Source: an uncultured Spirochaetota bacterium (lineage in GTDB: Bacteria; Spirochaetota; Spirochaetia; SZUA-6; Fen-1364). From it: DNA of 64,000 nucleotides. The stretch is from positions 576,001-640,000 of the forward strand of contig CAVTHO010000008.1 of the NCBI GenBank assembly GCA_963734545.1, read 5' to 3'. This document shows positions 9,885 to 19,661 of the stretch, in pieces. The notes beneath the pieces were generated by a model. That model was given only the letters and a program-made list of their open reading frames with translations, searched no databases and was not told the DNA's origin. The position numbers were made by a program, and so were the translations under genes. Position 1 is the stretch's first letter. Every line of letters begins with the position of its first letter.

Positions 9885-10001
9885 TTGATTTTTTTAACAA
9901 CAACTGGCTTATCAGCTTCAGGTCCTTTGCCATGGCGATCGGCGCGGCGAGAATCTTGGTAAGAATCGCCGCGCAGACCACAGAGCCCGCGGAGACCTGC
10001 A

Positions 10002-10967
10002 TCAGTCCGTGGCTCTTACCTGCAGCGCAATCGTCCCCGCCTGGTCTTCGTCTCCGCAGGGGCACTCGTCGACGCTGTCAGCGGATGCCAGCGAAATCCA
10101 CCCGTCGCCCGCGAGGCTCGAAACCCCGGTTTTGAAGCTCTGCCTGAAAAACTGCACCATCCGCGGCCAGCCCTTCTGAGTCGCTTTCAGATTCGCCCCG
10201 GCTTGCCCGTCCTGGGCGCGGAAAAACGCGTGTCCCGCGCCGTCGAAAATCTCGTATTCGTACCGCTTGCCCAGCTTCTTCATCTCCGCTTCGGCCGCCG
10301 GGATGGTCGCGTTGACCCGGGCGTCGTTTCCGCCGTACAGCCCGAGCACCGGCGCCTTGATCCGGCCAAGGGCCTGTGCGCCGGGGGCTGTTCCGTAACA
10401 GACCACCGCGGCCTTCAGGGCGGGCTGCTCCGTGGCATACAGGAAGCTGATACCGCCGCCCCAGCAGAATCCCACTACGCCATACTCACCCGTTGAGGCA
10501 GGCAGGCCGGCCCCGAAGGAGGCCACGGCGTTCAGGCGGCGGACGACCTCGCTGCTCTGCAGTTGCCCTACGAGCTGCCGCGCCGCGTCGACGTCTACCG
10601 AGGCGGTTCCCTTGCCGCCCGGGCCCTTCCCGCTCAGCAGATCAGGAGCAATGGCGATGAATCCCTCGGCGGCCAGCTGGTCCGCCACTGCCCGAGCCCA
10701 GTCGTTCAAGCCGAAGATCTCGTGGATCACGATGACAACGGGAGCCTTGTCGGGACGCTCGGGGTATACGACCCAGGTATCCACGCTGTCGCCCCCTCCC
10801 GCGTCGACGCGCGCCCACTCGCCGTGACGTGGTGAAGTGGCAAGCCTGTCCTTCACGCCCGCCTCTCCGGGCGGCAGCCCCATTGCCTGGGCAAATCCGA
10901 GTCCGGCCGCTCCAGTCAGAATCATGCAAGCAAGGATCGCCGCGAAGACGGCAGATCGTCGAGTCAT
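10002..10967 (-). CDS. Secreted dienelactone hydrolase family protein
   Basis: Signal peptide, IHEIFGLNDW, GFCWGG nucleophile elbow, GAGHAFFR. Confidence 0.88.
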   Translation of the reverse strand: MTRRSAVFAAILACMILTGAAGLGFAQAMGLPPGEAGVKDRLATSPRHGEWARVDAGGGDSVDTWVVYPERPDKAPVVIVIHEIFGLNDWARAVADQLAAEGFIAIAPDLLSGKGPGGKGTASVDVDAARQLVGQLQSSEVVRRLNAVASFGAGLPASTGEYGVVGFCWGGGISFLYATEQPALKAAVVCYGTAPGAQALGRIKAPVLGLYGGNDARVNATIPAAEAEMKKLGKRYEYEIFDGAGHAFFRAQDGQAGANLKATQKGWPRMVQFFRQSFKTGVSSLAGDGWISLASADSVDECPCGDEDQAGTIALQVRATD

Positions 10968-11047
10968 ATCAGCCTCCATACAGGCAGGAGCTCCGAGGCT
11001 CCCGTCCATATGAGCAAATTACTCAGGTTTGAAGTGCCCCGGCAACG

Positions 11048-11974
11048 CTACGTGGCATGCGGCTTTCCCTTCGATTCCATGAGCGAACGCAGGAAGAAAA
11101 ACCCCACAACAAGGAACGTGGCGGCGGGAGAAACCCACTCGGGGATGTGCAGCCCGAACCCGTCGGTGATCATGATGGCGCCAAGGACCAGGATGGAGTA
11201 CATGGCGCCATTCTTCAGATACCGGTAGCGCTTGATCCGCTCGATATTGCCGATCGTGATCTGCCGCACGATAACGGCACCGAGTCCGTTGCCGACGAGG
11301 ATGAGAGGGACCGCAAGGGTGAAGGCGAACGCGCCGAGCACCCCGTCGATGGAGAAGGTGAGGTCCAGAATCTCGAGGTAGAACAGCTTGCTCAAATCCG
11401 ACAGTCCGGATCCCATGAGGCGCTTTTCCTGCTCGGCGGCATTTGACTTGAACCCGGCCGTGATGAAGAAGACCGTTGACCCGATGACCGCGGCGAATGC
11501 GATGATCCGCTCGCCTTCCAGCGCGAACCAGACAAGAGCAGCGAGGAATACCGAGGCGACCGCGTAGAACCATACGCCGTGCTCGGAAAAGAACCGCTCC
11601 CCGGACAGCCCGAAGTTCTTCGGCTCCAGGAAAAGCCAGTGCAGAAAGAGGAGAACGAGGAAGACACCGCCCCCCATCAGGAGCATCGGAGCGGACTTCT
11701 CCACAGCCTCCAGGACCAGCGGGTCACTGGAAAAGGTGGCGGTGAGAGCGCCCAGGGGCCCGAGTCCGGGAACTGCCAGCCATACGATCAGCCAAGGCAG
11801 CACCCCGCGCGGGATGAAAACCGCGAACAGGATCCCCCAGGTGAGAAACCACCGGCGGGCCCTCTTCTGCATCCCGGAGAGGACTTCCGCGTTGATGATC
11901 GCGTTGTCGATGCTGGAGATGGTTTCGAAGAGCGCGAGACCCAGGATCGTGAGGACGAGTCCGACGATGCTCAT
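11048..11974 (-). CDS. DUF475/TerC-like integral membrane protein
   Basis: FETISSIDNAIINA, YLEILDLTFSIDGVLGAFA, YLKNGAMYSI. Confidence 0.85.
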   Translation of the reverse strand: MSIVGLVLTILGLALFETISSIDNAIINAEVLSGMQKRARRWFLTWGILFAVFIPRGVLPWLIVWLAVPGLGPLGALTATFSSDPLVLEAVEKSAPMLLMGGGVFLVLLFLHWLFLEPKNFGLSGERFFSEHGVWFYAVASVFLAALVWFALEGERIIAFAAVIGSTVFFITAGFKSNAAEQEKRLMGSGLSDLSKLFYLEILDLTFSIDGVLGAFAFTLAVPLILVGNGLGAVIVRQITIGNIERIKRYRYLKNGAMYSILVLGAIMITDGFGLHIPEWVSPAATFLVVGFFFLRSLMESKGKPHAT

Positions 11975-12139
11975 GGGTCGGAATATAACATAAGGAACGG
12001 GCTCCCGGCGCGCCGGCAAACGGCGGGCCGGCAACCGACCGTCGGCTTGCCGTTCGTCGGTTGGGCCGAGCTATTCTCGCATTGCCTCCCGCAGAAACAA
12101 TTCGTATACATTAACGATGATATATAGGAAGGAACCCAC

Positions 12140-12592
12140 ATGAAGAAACCGGGTGTGCTTCTTGTCCTGCTTCTTTCGACGGCCCTTCCCCTGGCTGCCC
12201 AGTCAAACCAGCTTCTCGATCAGCTCCTGGATCAGCCGGCCGCGAGCTTCGGCGAGGTGGTCTACATGACACTGTCCGCCGCGAAGCTCGTGCCGGAGAC
12301 CGCCACCCCGGCGGAGGCGCTGGAGGCGCTCCAGCAGCAGAACTGGAAGGTCCGAATCCTCCCGGCAGATGCCCCGATCCCCCTCGGGGACTACGCATTC
12401 CTGCTCATGAAGGCTTTCAAGCTCTCGGGGGGCATCTTCTACAGCCTGTTCCCCGGGCCCCGCTACGCCGTCCGTGAGCTGGGCTACATCAGGGTCATCA
12501 GCACCGATGCCCGTCCCAATCGAAACCTCTCGGGTGAAGAGGCGGTGCACATCCTGGGCAACCTGATGGCGCGCAAGGAGGGCTCCTCATGA
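12140..12592 (+). CDS. Array gene A, copy 1: secreted protein with degenerate SLH-like repeats
   Basis: Signal peptide ending LPLAA-Q; ADAPIPLGDYAFLLMKAF and YAVRELG...RPNRNLSGEEAVHIL resemble SLH repeats. Confidence 0.7.
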   Translation: MKKPGVLLVLLLSTALPLAAQSNQLLDQLLDQPAASFGEVVYMTLSAAKLVPETATPAEALEALQQQNWKVRILPADAPIPLGDYAFLLMKAFKLSGGIFYSLFPGPRYAVRELGYIRVISTDARPNRNLSGEEAVHILGNLMARKEGSS

Positions 12593-13917
12593 AAGCGTGG
12601 CGCACACTGGCGATCATCGCTGCACTCGCCCTGGCGGGCGCGGCGGACCTCAGCGGGATGGACTTCGATTTCGGCGGCTTCGTGGAAAACTCAAGCACTC
12701 CCTCGGTGGCCCTGGACGCCAAGAACCCCGTGTGGGCCATGGACCAGAAGGACAGGCTGGCCCTCTGGGCGGAGATGCATTTCAACCCGCAGCTTTCCCT
12801 CACCATCCAGGGCAGTTATGCCTTCTCCCTGGATCTGCCCTATCTGTTCGACGTTGATGCGCTGAGGCTGGACTGGAAGATACTTCCTTCCCTGCGTGCC
12901 AGCCTGGGCAGGTTCGTCTTCTCGGACTTCACGGGCCACGTTCTGAATCACAAGCTGGACGGGGTGCTGTTCGGCGTGGACTTCCCTTTCATGGTGCTGA
13001 GCGCGGGGGCGGGGTTCTCGGGACTCGTGCTCAAGCCCTCCTCCCTGATCCTCATGAGCCGCTCGGACACCGCCGACCAGTCTGACAACGGGGTCATCCT
13101 GGCTGCCCCCCGGCTGATCGAGAAGCTGGAGGTGCTCTTCCCCAACCTTCTGCCCCGCCAGGACCTGACGGTGTCGGTGGTCCTGCAGCAGGACTTCCGT
13201 CCCAGCGGCTCCCTCATCCAGGAGGGCGAGCAGCAGCAGTTCGTCGCGGGCGCATCGGGGGGGAGACTGACCAGCGAGTACTTCGGGCTGGGGGTCTCGG
13301 GGGCCATCGTCTCCGCCCTGTACTACGACGCATTCTTCTATTACAGCCTTGGCAGCACTCTCTCCTATGTGGCGGACCCCGCTTCGGGCACCGGCTCCTC
13401 CTACCAGTACGAAGCGATCCAGGCTTTCCTGGGCGGCATAGGGCTTCGCTACTACAACGAGGCGCTTTTGTCCTCCCGCGCGGAGCTGCGGGCCGTCATC
13501 TCCAGCGGAGATGCGGACAACAGCACATACCTGGAGGGCAACAGCGCGGGGGCATCGACGATCTTCATGCCCATTTCCCAGGAGACCCTCGGGCTGGCCT
13601 TTCAGCCCCAGCTGGGCAACCTGCTCATCCTCACCGCCAGCTATTCACTGAAGCCGGCGAGCCCGCTTCAGCTCATGGTGAAGGGGCAGTCCTTCCTCAG
13701 GCCGACCACGGGCGCCATATCGGCCCTGGGCATAGACCCGGCCTCCAATGCGCTGTACCTGGGGACCGAGATCGACGGCATCGTCAACTTCAGGCCTTTC
13801 TCCGACCTGGGCACCGCCCTTTCGCTGGGGTTCTTCCTGCCCAACAAGAGCGCGTTCACGGGCCAGGCCTCCCTGCCCGTTCTGGCCGGGCGGCTGGAGG
13901 TTTCTCTCAGCTTCTGA
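12589..13917 (+). CDS. Array gene B, copy 1: outer-membrane beta-barrel (alginate-export-like)
   Basis: Signal peptide, amphipathic strands, SGDAD...F.P and YLGTEID motifs, C-terminal LEVSLSF; ATGA overlap with A. Confidence 0.72.
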   Translation: MKAWRTLAIIAALALAGAADLSGMDFDFGGFVENSSTPSVALDAKNPVWAMDQKDRLALWAEMHFNPQLSLTIQGSYAFSLDLPYLFDVDALRLDWKILPSLRASLGRFVFSDFTGHVLNHKLDGVLFGVDFPFMVLSAGAGFSGLVLKPSSLILMSRSDTADQSDNGVILAAPRLIEKLEVLFPNLLPRQDLTVSVVLQQDFRPSGSLIQEGEQQQFVAGASGGRLTSEYFGLGVSGAIVSALYYDAFFYYSLGSTLSYVADPASGTGSSYQYEAIQAFLGGIGLRYYNEALLSSRAELRAVISSGDADNSTYLEGNSAGASTIFMPISQETLGLAFQPQLGNLLILTASYSLKPASPLQLMVKGQSFLRPTTGAISALGIDPASNALYLGTEIDGIVNFRPFSDLGTALSLGFFLPNKSAFTGQASLPVLAGRLEVSLSF

Positions 13918-13977
13918 AAGTGGTGGGAGGTTTTTCCGGGTTTCTGAGATATGCTTAAGATGCAGGAGTACGAATAT

Positions 13978-14628
13978 ATGAAACGATTTATATTGACTGT
14001 CGCGATGGCGTTGGCGCTCGCGCCGGTTTTGTTTTCTCAAACCCAGGCAGTAGTCAAAGAGTTCAAGGGCAAGGTGGAGATCAAGGCAGGCGGAGGCGAG
14101 TGGCAGCCGGTGGCAGCGGGCATGAAGCTGGACACGGGGGCCTCGATCTCCACGGGCTTCAGCTCCACCGCGGTGCTTGACCTGGGCACCTCGACGCTGA
14201 AGGTGGCCCCGCTGACCCGCATGCAGCTTGTGGAGCTGATCGCCCGACAGGGCAGCGTCTCCACCACCCTTGCGCTGAAGGTGGGCAGGGTCAACGCGGA
14301 AGTGAAGACCGCCCCGGGGCTCAAGCAGGACTTCACGCTGAAAGGGCCGCAGGCCACCGCAGCGGTGCGCGGCACGGAGTTCGAGTTCGACGGGGTCAGC
14401 GTGAAGGTGATCAACGGCTTGGTGTTCTTCTCCAACAACCAGGGCCAGGGTCGGGGAGTGGGAGCCGGTGAGCAGAGCCAGACCAACGGCACCCAGATTC
14501 CCACTACCGGAGAGCAGGAGAACGAGACCAACACGAGCGTCCAGCCGCACACCGCCCCGGGAGGGACAACCCTTCCGCCGTCGGCCGTGCCTCCGGCGCC
14601 CGCCACCGTGACCATCAGATGGCAGTAG
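13978..14628 (+). CDS. Array gene C, copy 1: secreted FecR-domain-like protein with T/P-rich tail
   Basis: Signal peptide; ISTGFSSTAVL, LKVGRV and TAAVRGTEF FecR-like motifs; tail ends ATVTIRWQ. Confidence 0.8.
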   Translation: MKRFILTVAMALALAPVLFSQTQAVVKEFKGKVEIKAGGGEWQPVAAGMKLDTGASISTGFSSTAVLDLGTSTLKVAPLTRMQLVELIARQGSVSTTLALKVGRVNAEVKTAPGLKQDFTLKGPQATAAVRGTEFEFDGVSVKVINGLVFFSNNQGQGRGVGAGEQSQTNGTQIPTTGEQENETNTSVQPHTAPGGTTLPPSAVPPAPATVTIRWQ

Positions 14629-14649
14629 ACTGAGATCCGGGAGAAGAAC

Positions 14650-15855
14650 ATGAAAGCACACATTCTGACAAGATCCACGGCGAGAATAGCCGTGATCATG
14701 ATATTGAGCGCAGCAAGCCTTGTACTCGCCGGCTGCTTTTACATGCCGGGGGTGAGCGGCAGGCCGGCAAAGGCCGGTGTCAGCATAGGCAGATCGCTGC
14801 TGCCTGCGAGCGTGTCATCTGTCGCGGTCATCGTAGGCGGGCCCGGCATGGAGACCATCGCCGCCCAGTACCCCGTGGGCACCACTTCGGCGACGCTGAC
14901 AGTGCCTTCAGGGGTCGCGCGCACCTTCACCGTGCTGGCCAACACCAAGTCGGTGACATTCCGAGACGATGTCACGGTAGACCTCGCTCCGGATGAGACA
15001 AAGGAGATTGTCCTTACCCCCACCCTGTCCGCCTCGCAGATCATCATCCCGGACCAATTGAGCGGCGTTGTTGCGCAGATATCCGATATGAACGGAACTG
15101 GATGGACCGCGCCTTCCATGCCCTCTGCGTACGACGTGGATTTCGACGATCAGGGTCGGATATATGTGGTGAACAGCATCAGCGCCATCGCTGTCATGAA
15201 CGATATTTCGGACGCCGCTCCGATCTCGATCTTCGACCCCAGCCAGGCACAGATACTCTCGATCGCCGTGGACCGGCCGCGCGGCCTGCTGTATTGGATC
15301 AACTATAACGGTGTAATCTACAGAGTGCCGATTACCCCTACAATGTCGGACACCCCGGTGCCGATTGACGTATCCGGAGTATTACCGCAGATGTACTCCA
15401 ATGGGATTGCCGTGGATTCGGATGGCTTTGTCTATGTGGCGGCAACCTCACCCACTTACGCGGTACTGAAGATCGACCCGAACAAGCCACAGGTCGTGGC
15501 CAGTTCCACCTACTCATTCGGCGACCCATGGGACGTCCTGGTGAAAGGGGACTTCATCTACGTCAGTGACTATACGGCCAGGCAGATCGTTCGTCTTACC
15601 AAGAACCTCGATTTCGTGGATTCTTTCTCCGGCCCGGCCTCGGACCCATTCCTGGGACCCGAGCGGTTTGTTGCGATCTTGAACAAGCCGATCACCCTCA
15701 TCGACGAGCAAGATATCTATCAAGACCTGAAGGACCGGATCGTCTCCTTCGGCGACATGACAGGCGCAGGCTGGACGACCTACGGATCGACAGCACCCGC
15801 CTCGGGCTCGGGAGGGCCGGGTCTGTTCCTCTTCTTCCGCAACAACCTGGGCTGA
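14650..15855 (+). CDS. Array gene D, copy 1: lipoprotein with N-terminal beta-sandwich and NHL-like beta-propeller
   Basis: Lipobox VLAG-C; blades YDVDFDDQGRIYV, SIAVDRPRGLLYW, GIAVDSDGFVYV, PWDVLVKGDFIYVSD. Confidence 0.8.
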   Translation: MKAHILTRSTARIAVIMILSAASLVLAGCFYMPGVSGRPAKAGVSIGRSLLPASVSSVAVIVGGPGMETIAAQYPVGTTSATLTVPSGVARTFTVLANTKSVTFRDDVTVDLAPDETKEIVLTPTLSASQIIIPDQLSGVVAQISDMNGTGWTAPSMPSAYDVDFDDQGRIYVVNSISAIAVMNDISDAAPISIFDPSQAQILSIAVDRPRGLLYWINYNGVIYRVPITPTMSDTPVPIDVSGVLPQMYSNGIAVDSDGFVYVAATSPTYAVLKIDPNKPQVVASSTYSFGDPWDVLVKGDFIYVSDYTARQIVRLTKNLDFVDSFSGPASDPFLGPERFVAILNKPITLIDEQDIYQDLKDRIVSFGDMTGAGWTTYGSTAPASGSGGPGLFLFFRNNLG

Positions 15856-15875
15856 CGGGCGGGCGTGGCGGCCTG

Positions 15876-17693
15876 ATGGCTGATGAGCAATACATTGCCG
15901 CGCATCTCGCCGTCTATCCCGGGAACCGGGGAACTGTGCTCGTCTCGAATCGAAGCGCACGTCGTGCCGACATGCTGGAGGAGCAGCTATACGGCATCCT
16001 GAGGCAGGCGGATCGATTCGACACAATCGCCGGCCATACAAAAAGGCTCTTCGCCGCGGGCTGGGAGGATGACGGATCCGGGTTCATCGCATCCGCGTTC
16101 CGGGACCTCATTGCCCGCGGGCTCATGGTTTCAAAAAGCACATTCCTGGACAGTGTCCTGGACAAAGCGGGTGGGAGTGAAGCACCTCCGTCCGTGAGGT
16201 CCGTCGCTCTCACCACCCGGGACAGGCTGCCGCAGCTGCAGCGATGCCTTCGCGGATTCATCCGGAACAACGAGACGCACGGACGTAACGTGGACTACCT
16301 GGTCATGGATGACACCCGAACCGAAGACCAGGGGGCAAAGATGGGCGCGGTCCTCGGCACCTTCGCCGCTGCAGGAGCGAAGCTCTTCTACGCCGGGAGG
16401 GAAGAAAAGGCGGCCTACTTGCGCGCGCTGGTCCAGGCAGGGGGACCGGACGGGCTGCCGGCAGATGTCGTGAAGTTCTGCCTGGCCGGGGATGACGGGG
16501 ACTGGCCCACTTTCGGCGCGAATCGGAATGCCATCCTGCTGGCCGCTGCCGGAGAATTGTTTGTCATGTGTGATGATGACACGGCGTACGAGGCGGTTGC
16601 CTGCGGGGAGCCCGACACCACCCTTGCCCTCACATCGCTCAATGATCCGACCGTCCTTCGATTTTTCGGAGATCGCGCTGAATTGACCGCCGCAGTGCAC
16701 ACGGCGGATGTCGGCATCCTCTCCTGCCACGAGAAGCTGCTGGGACGATCCATCTCCGGCTGCATGTCGTGCATGGGGCCGGAGTGTACGCTCGATGTGG
16801 ATCGAATTGGCGCTGAATCCGCGCACAGGCTCTCCCGGCGGCCCGGATTGGTGAGAGCCACCATGTCAGGCTATTGGGGCGATTCCGGTATGGGCTCACC
16901 GCACGCGGCCCTCGAGCTCCTGGGAGAATCCAGGAAAGCCGTCATGCGCGCGAAGGCGGAATATGTCCGTGCCACGACCAGCAGAGAAGTCTTCCGCAGC
17001 GCCCCTCGGTACACAATCAGCGATGGCTCGCTGTTCATGACCATGCACACCGGATACGACAATCGAGGGCTTCTTCCCCCCTTCCTTCCGCTCGGCAGGA
17101 ATGAAGATGGGCTCTTCTCCCTGACATTGCATGCATGTATGGAGGGGGCGCTTGTCGGACATCTCCCGCTTGCCGTTCATCATGCACCGCCTGAATTGCG
17201 CCGCTTTCCGCAAGGGGCTTTTCTCAACCCCGCTCCAGGGATCTCCGATGTTATCGCGGCGGCGATGACATCCTTTGCTCCCTCCCCGGGAGCTCGAAGC
17301 GCATCAGACAGGCTGGTGGCCCTGGGAAGACATCTCGTGGACTTCAGCAGTCAGGAGACGAAGGATTTCGAGGACCAACTCATGAGTTCGTGGCTGTCCG
17401 CGACGAGTCACTACATCGGCTTCCTGGAGCACCTTCTGAATCTGCACAAAAGGCAGCCCGAATACTGGGCGAATGACGTGCAGTCTTTGATCGAGAATCT
17501 GAAGGATTTCGTCGTCCACGGATCCCCCGCTGTTCCTTCCGAGCTCCATGACAATCAGCCTGTCGAGCAGGCAAAAGAGTCATGCAAACGCCTCGTGCGC
17601 AAGTTCGGTGAGCTGCTTTATTGGTGGCCGGTCATCAACGGCGCCGCAAGACGGCTCAATGAGAGCGACACACGCCTCGCGCGGCGCGTCTAG
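15876..17693 (+). CDS. Array gene E, copy 1: GT-A/GT2-like glycosyltransferase with RRE-like N-terminal domain
   Basis: No signal peptide; TTRDR, YLVMDD, GANRNA, CDDD, RNEDG; N-terminal ~90 aa ending FRDLIARGLM. Confidence 0.7.
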   Translation: MADEQYIAAHLAVYPGNRGTVLVSNRSARRADMLEEQLYGILRQADRFDTIAGHTKRLFAAGWEDDGSGFIASAFRDLIARGLMVSKSTFLDSVLDKAGGSEAPPSVRSVALTTRDRLPQLQRCLRGFIRNNETHGRNVDYLVMDDTRTEDQGAKMGAVLGTFAAAGAKLFYAGREEKAAYLRALVQAGGPDGLPADVVKFCLAGDDGDWPTFGANRNAILLAAAGELFVMCDDDTAYEAVACGEPDTTLALTSLNDPTVLRFFGDRAELTAAVHTADVGILSCHEKLLGRSISGCMSCMGPECTLDVDRIGAESAHRLSRRPGLVRATMSGYWGDSGMGSPHAALELLGESRKAVMRAKAEYVRATTSREVFRSAPRYTISDGSLFMTMHTGYDNRGLLPPFLPLGRNEDGLFSLTLHACMEGALVGHLPLAVHHAPPELRRFPQGAFLNPAPGISDVIAAAMTSFAPSPGARSASDRLVALGRHLVDFSSQETKDFEDQLMSSWLSATSHYIGFLEHLLNLHKRQPEYWANDVQSLIENLKDFVVHGSPAVPSELHDNQPVEQAKESCKRLVRKFGELLYWWPVINGAARRLNESDTRLARRV

Positions 17694-17760
17694 CGCGTTC
17701 ACGGGCCAGGCCTCCCTGCCTGTTCTGGCCGGGCGGTTGGAGCTTTCCCTGAGTTTCTGA
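17692..17760 (+). repeat. Remnant 3' end (69 bp) of gene B before C copy 2
   Basis: agcgcgttcacgggccaggcctccctgcc...tctga matches 13849-13917 and 23252-23320. Confidence 0.92.
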
Positions 17761-17790
17761 GATATACTTGGAATTGCAGGAGTGACAGCC

Positions 17791-18441
17791 ATGAAACGTT
17801 ATCTATTGATTGTCGTGATGGCGCTGGCGCTCGCGCCGGTTCTGTTTTCTCAAACCCAGGCAGTGGTCAAAGAGTTCAAGGGCAAGGTGGAGATCAAGGC
17901 CAGTGGAGGAGAGTGGCAGCCGGTGGCAGCGGGCATGAAGCTGGACACGGGGGCCTCGATCTCCACGGGCTTCAGCTCCACCGCGCTGCTTGACCTGGGC
18001 ACCTCGACGCTGAAGGTGGCCCCGCTGACCCGCATGCAGCTGGTGGAGCTGATTGCCCGACAGGGCAGCGTCTCCACCACCCTTGCGCTGAAGGTGGGCA
18101 AGGTGAACGCGGAAGTGAAGACCGCCCCGGGGCTCAAGCAGGACTTCACGCTGAAAGGGCCGCAGGCCACCGCGGCGGTGCGCGGCACGGAGTTCGAGTT
18201 CGACGGGGTCAGCGTGAAGGTGATCAACGGCCTGGTGTTCTTCTCCAACAACCAGGGCCAGGGTCGGGGGGTGGGAGCAGGGGAGCAGAGCTCGACCAGC
18301 GGCACGCAGATTCCCACCAGCGGAGAGCAGGAGAACGAGACCAATACGAGCGTCCAGCCGCACACCTCCGCGGGAGGGACGACCCTTCCGCCGTCGGCCG
18401 TGCCTCCGGCGCCCGCCAACGTGACCATCAGATGGCAGTAG
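17791..18441 (+). CDS. Array gene C, copy 2 (FecR-like)
   Basis: Near-identical to 13978-14628; ends ANVTIRWQ. Confidence 0.8.
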   Translation: MKRYLLIVVMALALAPVLFSQTQAVVKEFKGKVEIKASGGEWQPVAAGMKLDTGASISTGFSSTALLDLGTSTLKVAPLTRMQLVELIARQGSVSTTLALKVGKVNAEVKTAPGLKQDFTLKGPQATAAVRGTEFEFDGVSVKVINGLVFFSNNQGQGRGVGAGEQSSTSGTQIPTSGEQENETNTSVQPHTSAGGTTLPPSAVPPAPANVTIRWQ

Positions 18442-18461
18442 ATGAGATCCGGGAGAAGAAC

Positions 18462-19641
18462 ATGAAAGCACAAACGTTGAAATCATCCGGGGCGAAAATG
18501 GCCGCGGTTGTCATTTTATGCGCGGCGGGTCTTGCGCTCACGAACTGCTTTTACACGCCTGGAGTGTCTGGAGACAACGCCCGGACAGGCATAGCCCTGC
18601 CCAAGTACGTTGCCGCGAACACCGTCTCGCTGGCCCTGATCGTGGGCGGTCCGGGGATGGACCCCATATATACCAGCTACACGACCATCCCCCCCAGCAT
18701 CAGCATCGAGGTTCCATCGGGCCTTGCGAGGACATTCACCGTGCTGCTGAACAGCCCTTCCGCCACCCTTCGGGGCGTGGCAACGGTAGACCTGCAGCCG
18801 GGAGAGTCCAAAGACATCACGGTCAACCCGACGGTGGCGGGCACGCAAATCATCGTCCCTGATAACTACAATTCCCGCCTGGTGCAGATCTCCGATATGA
18901 GCGGGACTGGATGGACCGACGCTGTCAATTACCTCGCCGTACGACGTCGATTTCGACGATCAGGGCCGAGTATATGTCGCGTACCCGAACTGTGCGGGTG
19001 GCCCTGGCGTCATACGGATCAACGATATCACAGATACGAGCTTGACTACGCTCACCGGCGTCACGGCAACGAATATCCGGTCGCTCGCCATGGACCTGAC
19101 ACGCGGCCTGCTGTATTACACGAACGGCAGCACTCTCTGGAGAATGCAGGTGACCCCGACGCAGGGCCCTGAAACGCCCGTAGATCCGTCAGGCTTATTG
19201 GGCAGCTTTTATACACAAGGGATCGCCGCGGATTCGGATGGTTTTATCTATATGGCGAGAACCTCCCCCTCAGTCGCCGTGCTGAAGATCGATCCCCGTG
19301 TGCCGGGAATTGTGAAGACCTACGTCGGCTCGCTCATCAACCCCTGGGACGTCCTGGTGAATGGCGACTACGTCTATGTGAGCGACTACACGGGCAAGCA
19401 GATCGTTCGCCTTACCAGGAACCTTGATTTCGTGGATTCGTTCTCCGGCCCGGCCTCGGATCCATTCCTGGGACCCGAGCGGTTCGTGGCGATCCTGAAC
19501 AAACCGATTACCGTCATCGACGAGGGCGGTTCCGGAGGCCCTGACAGGCTTGTCTCATTCAACGACATGACCGGTGCGGGCTGGACGCCCTACGGATCCC
19601 ATGGAGGGGGGCCAGGCCAGTTCGTGTTCTTCCTTTGCTGA
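18462..19641 (+). CDS. Array gene D, copy 2: beta-propeller lipoprotein (frameshift near 18930)
   Basis: LTN-C-FYTPGV lipobox-like start; continues in the other frame as TSPYDVDFDDQGRVYV through GPGQFVFFLC; homologous to D1. Confidence 0.75.
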
Positions 19642-19661
19642 AGAACGGGCACCACGGCTTG

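Noticed and set aside
18900-18960. Phase variation of D2 at its frameshift
   Set aside because: No homopolymer or short tandem repeat at the site; indistinguishable from the background indel errors.
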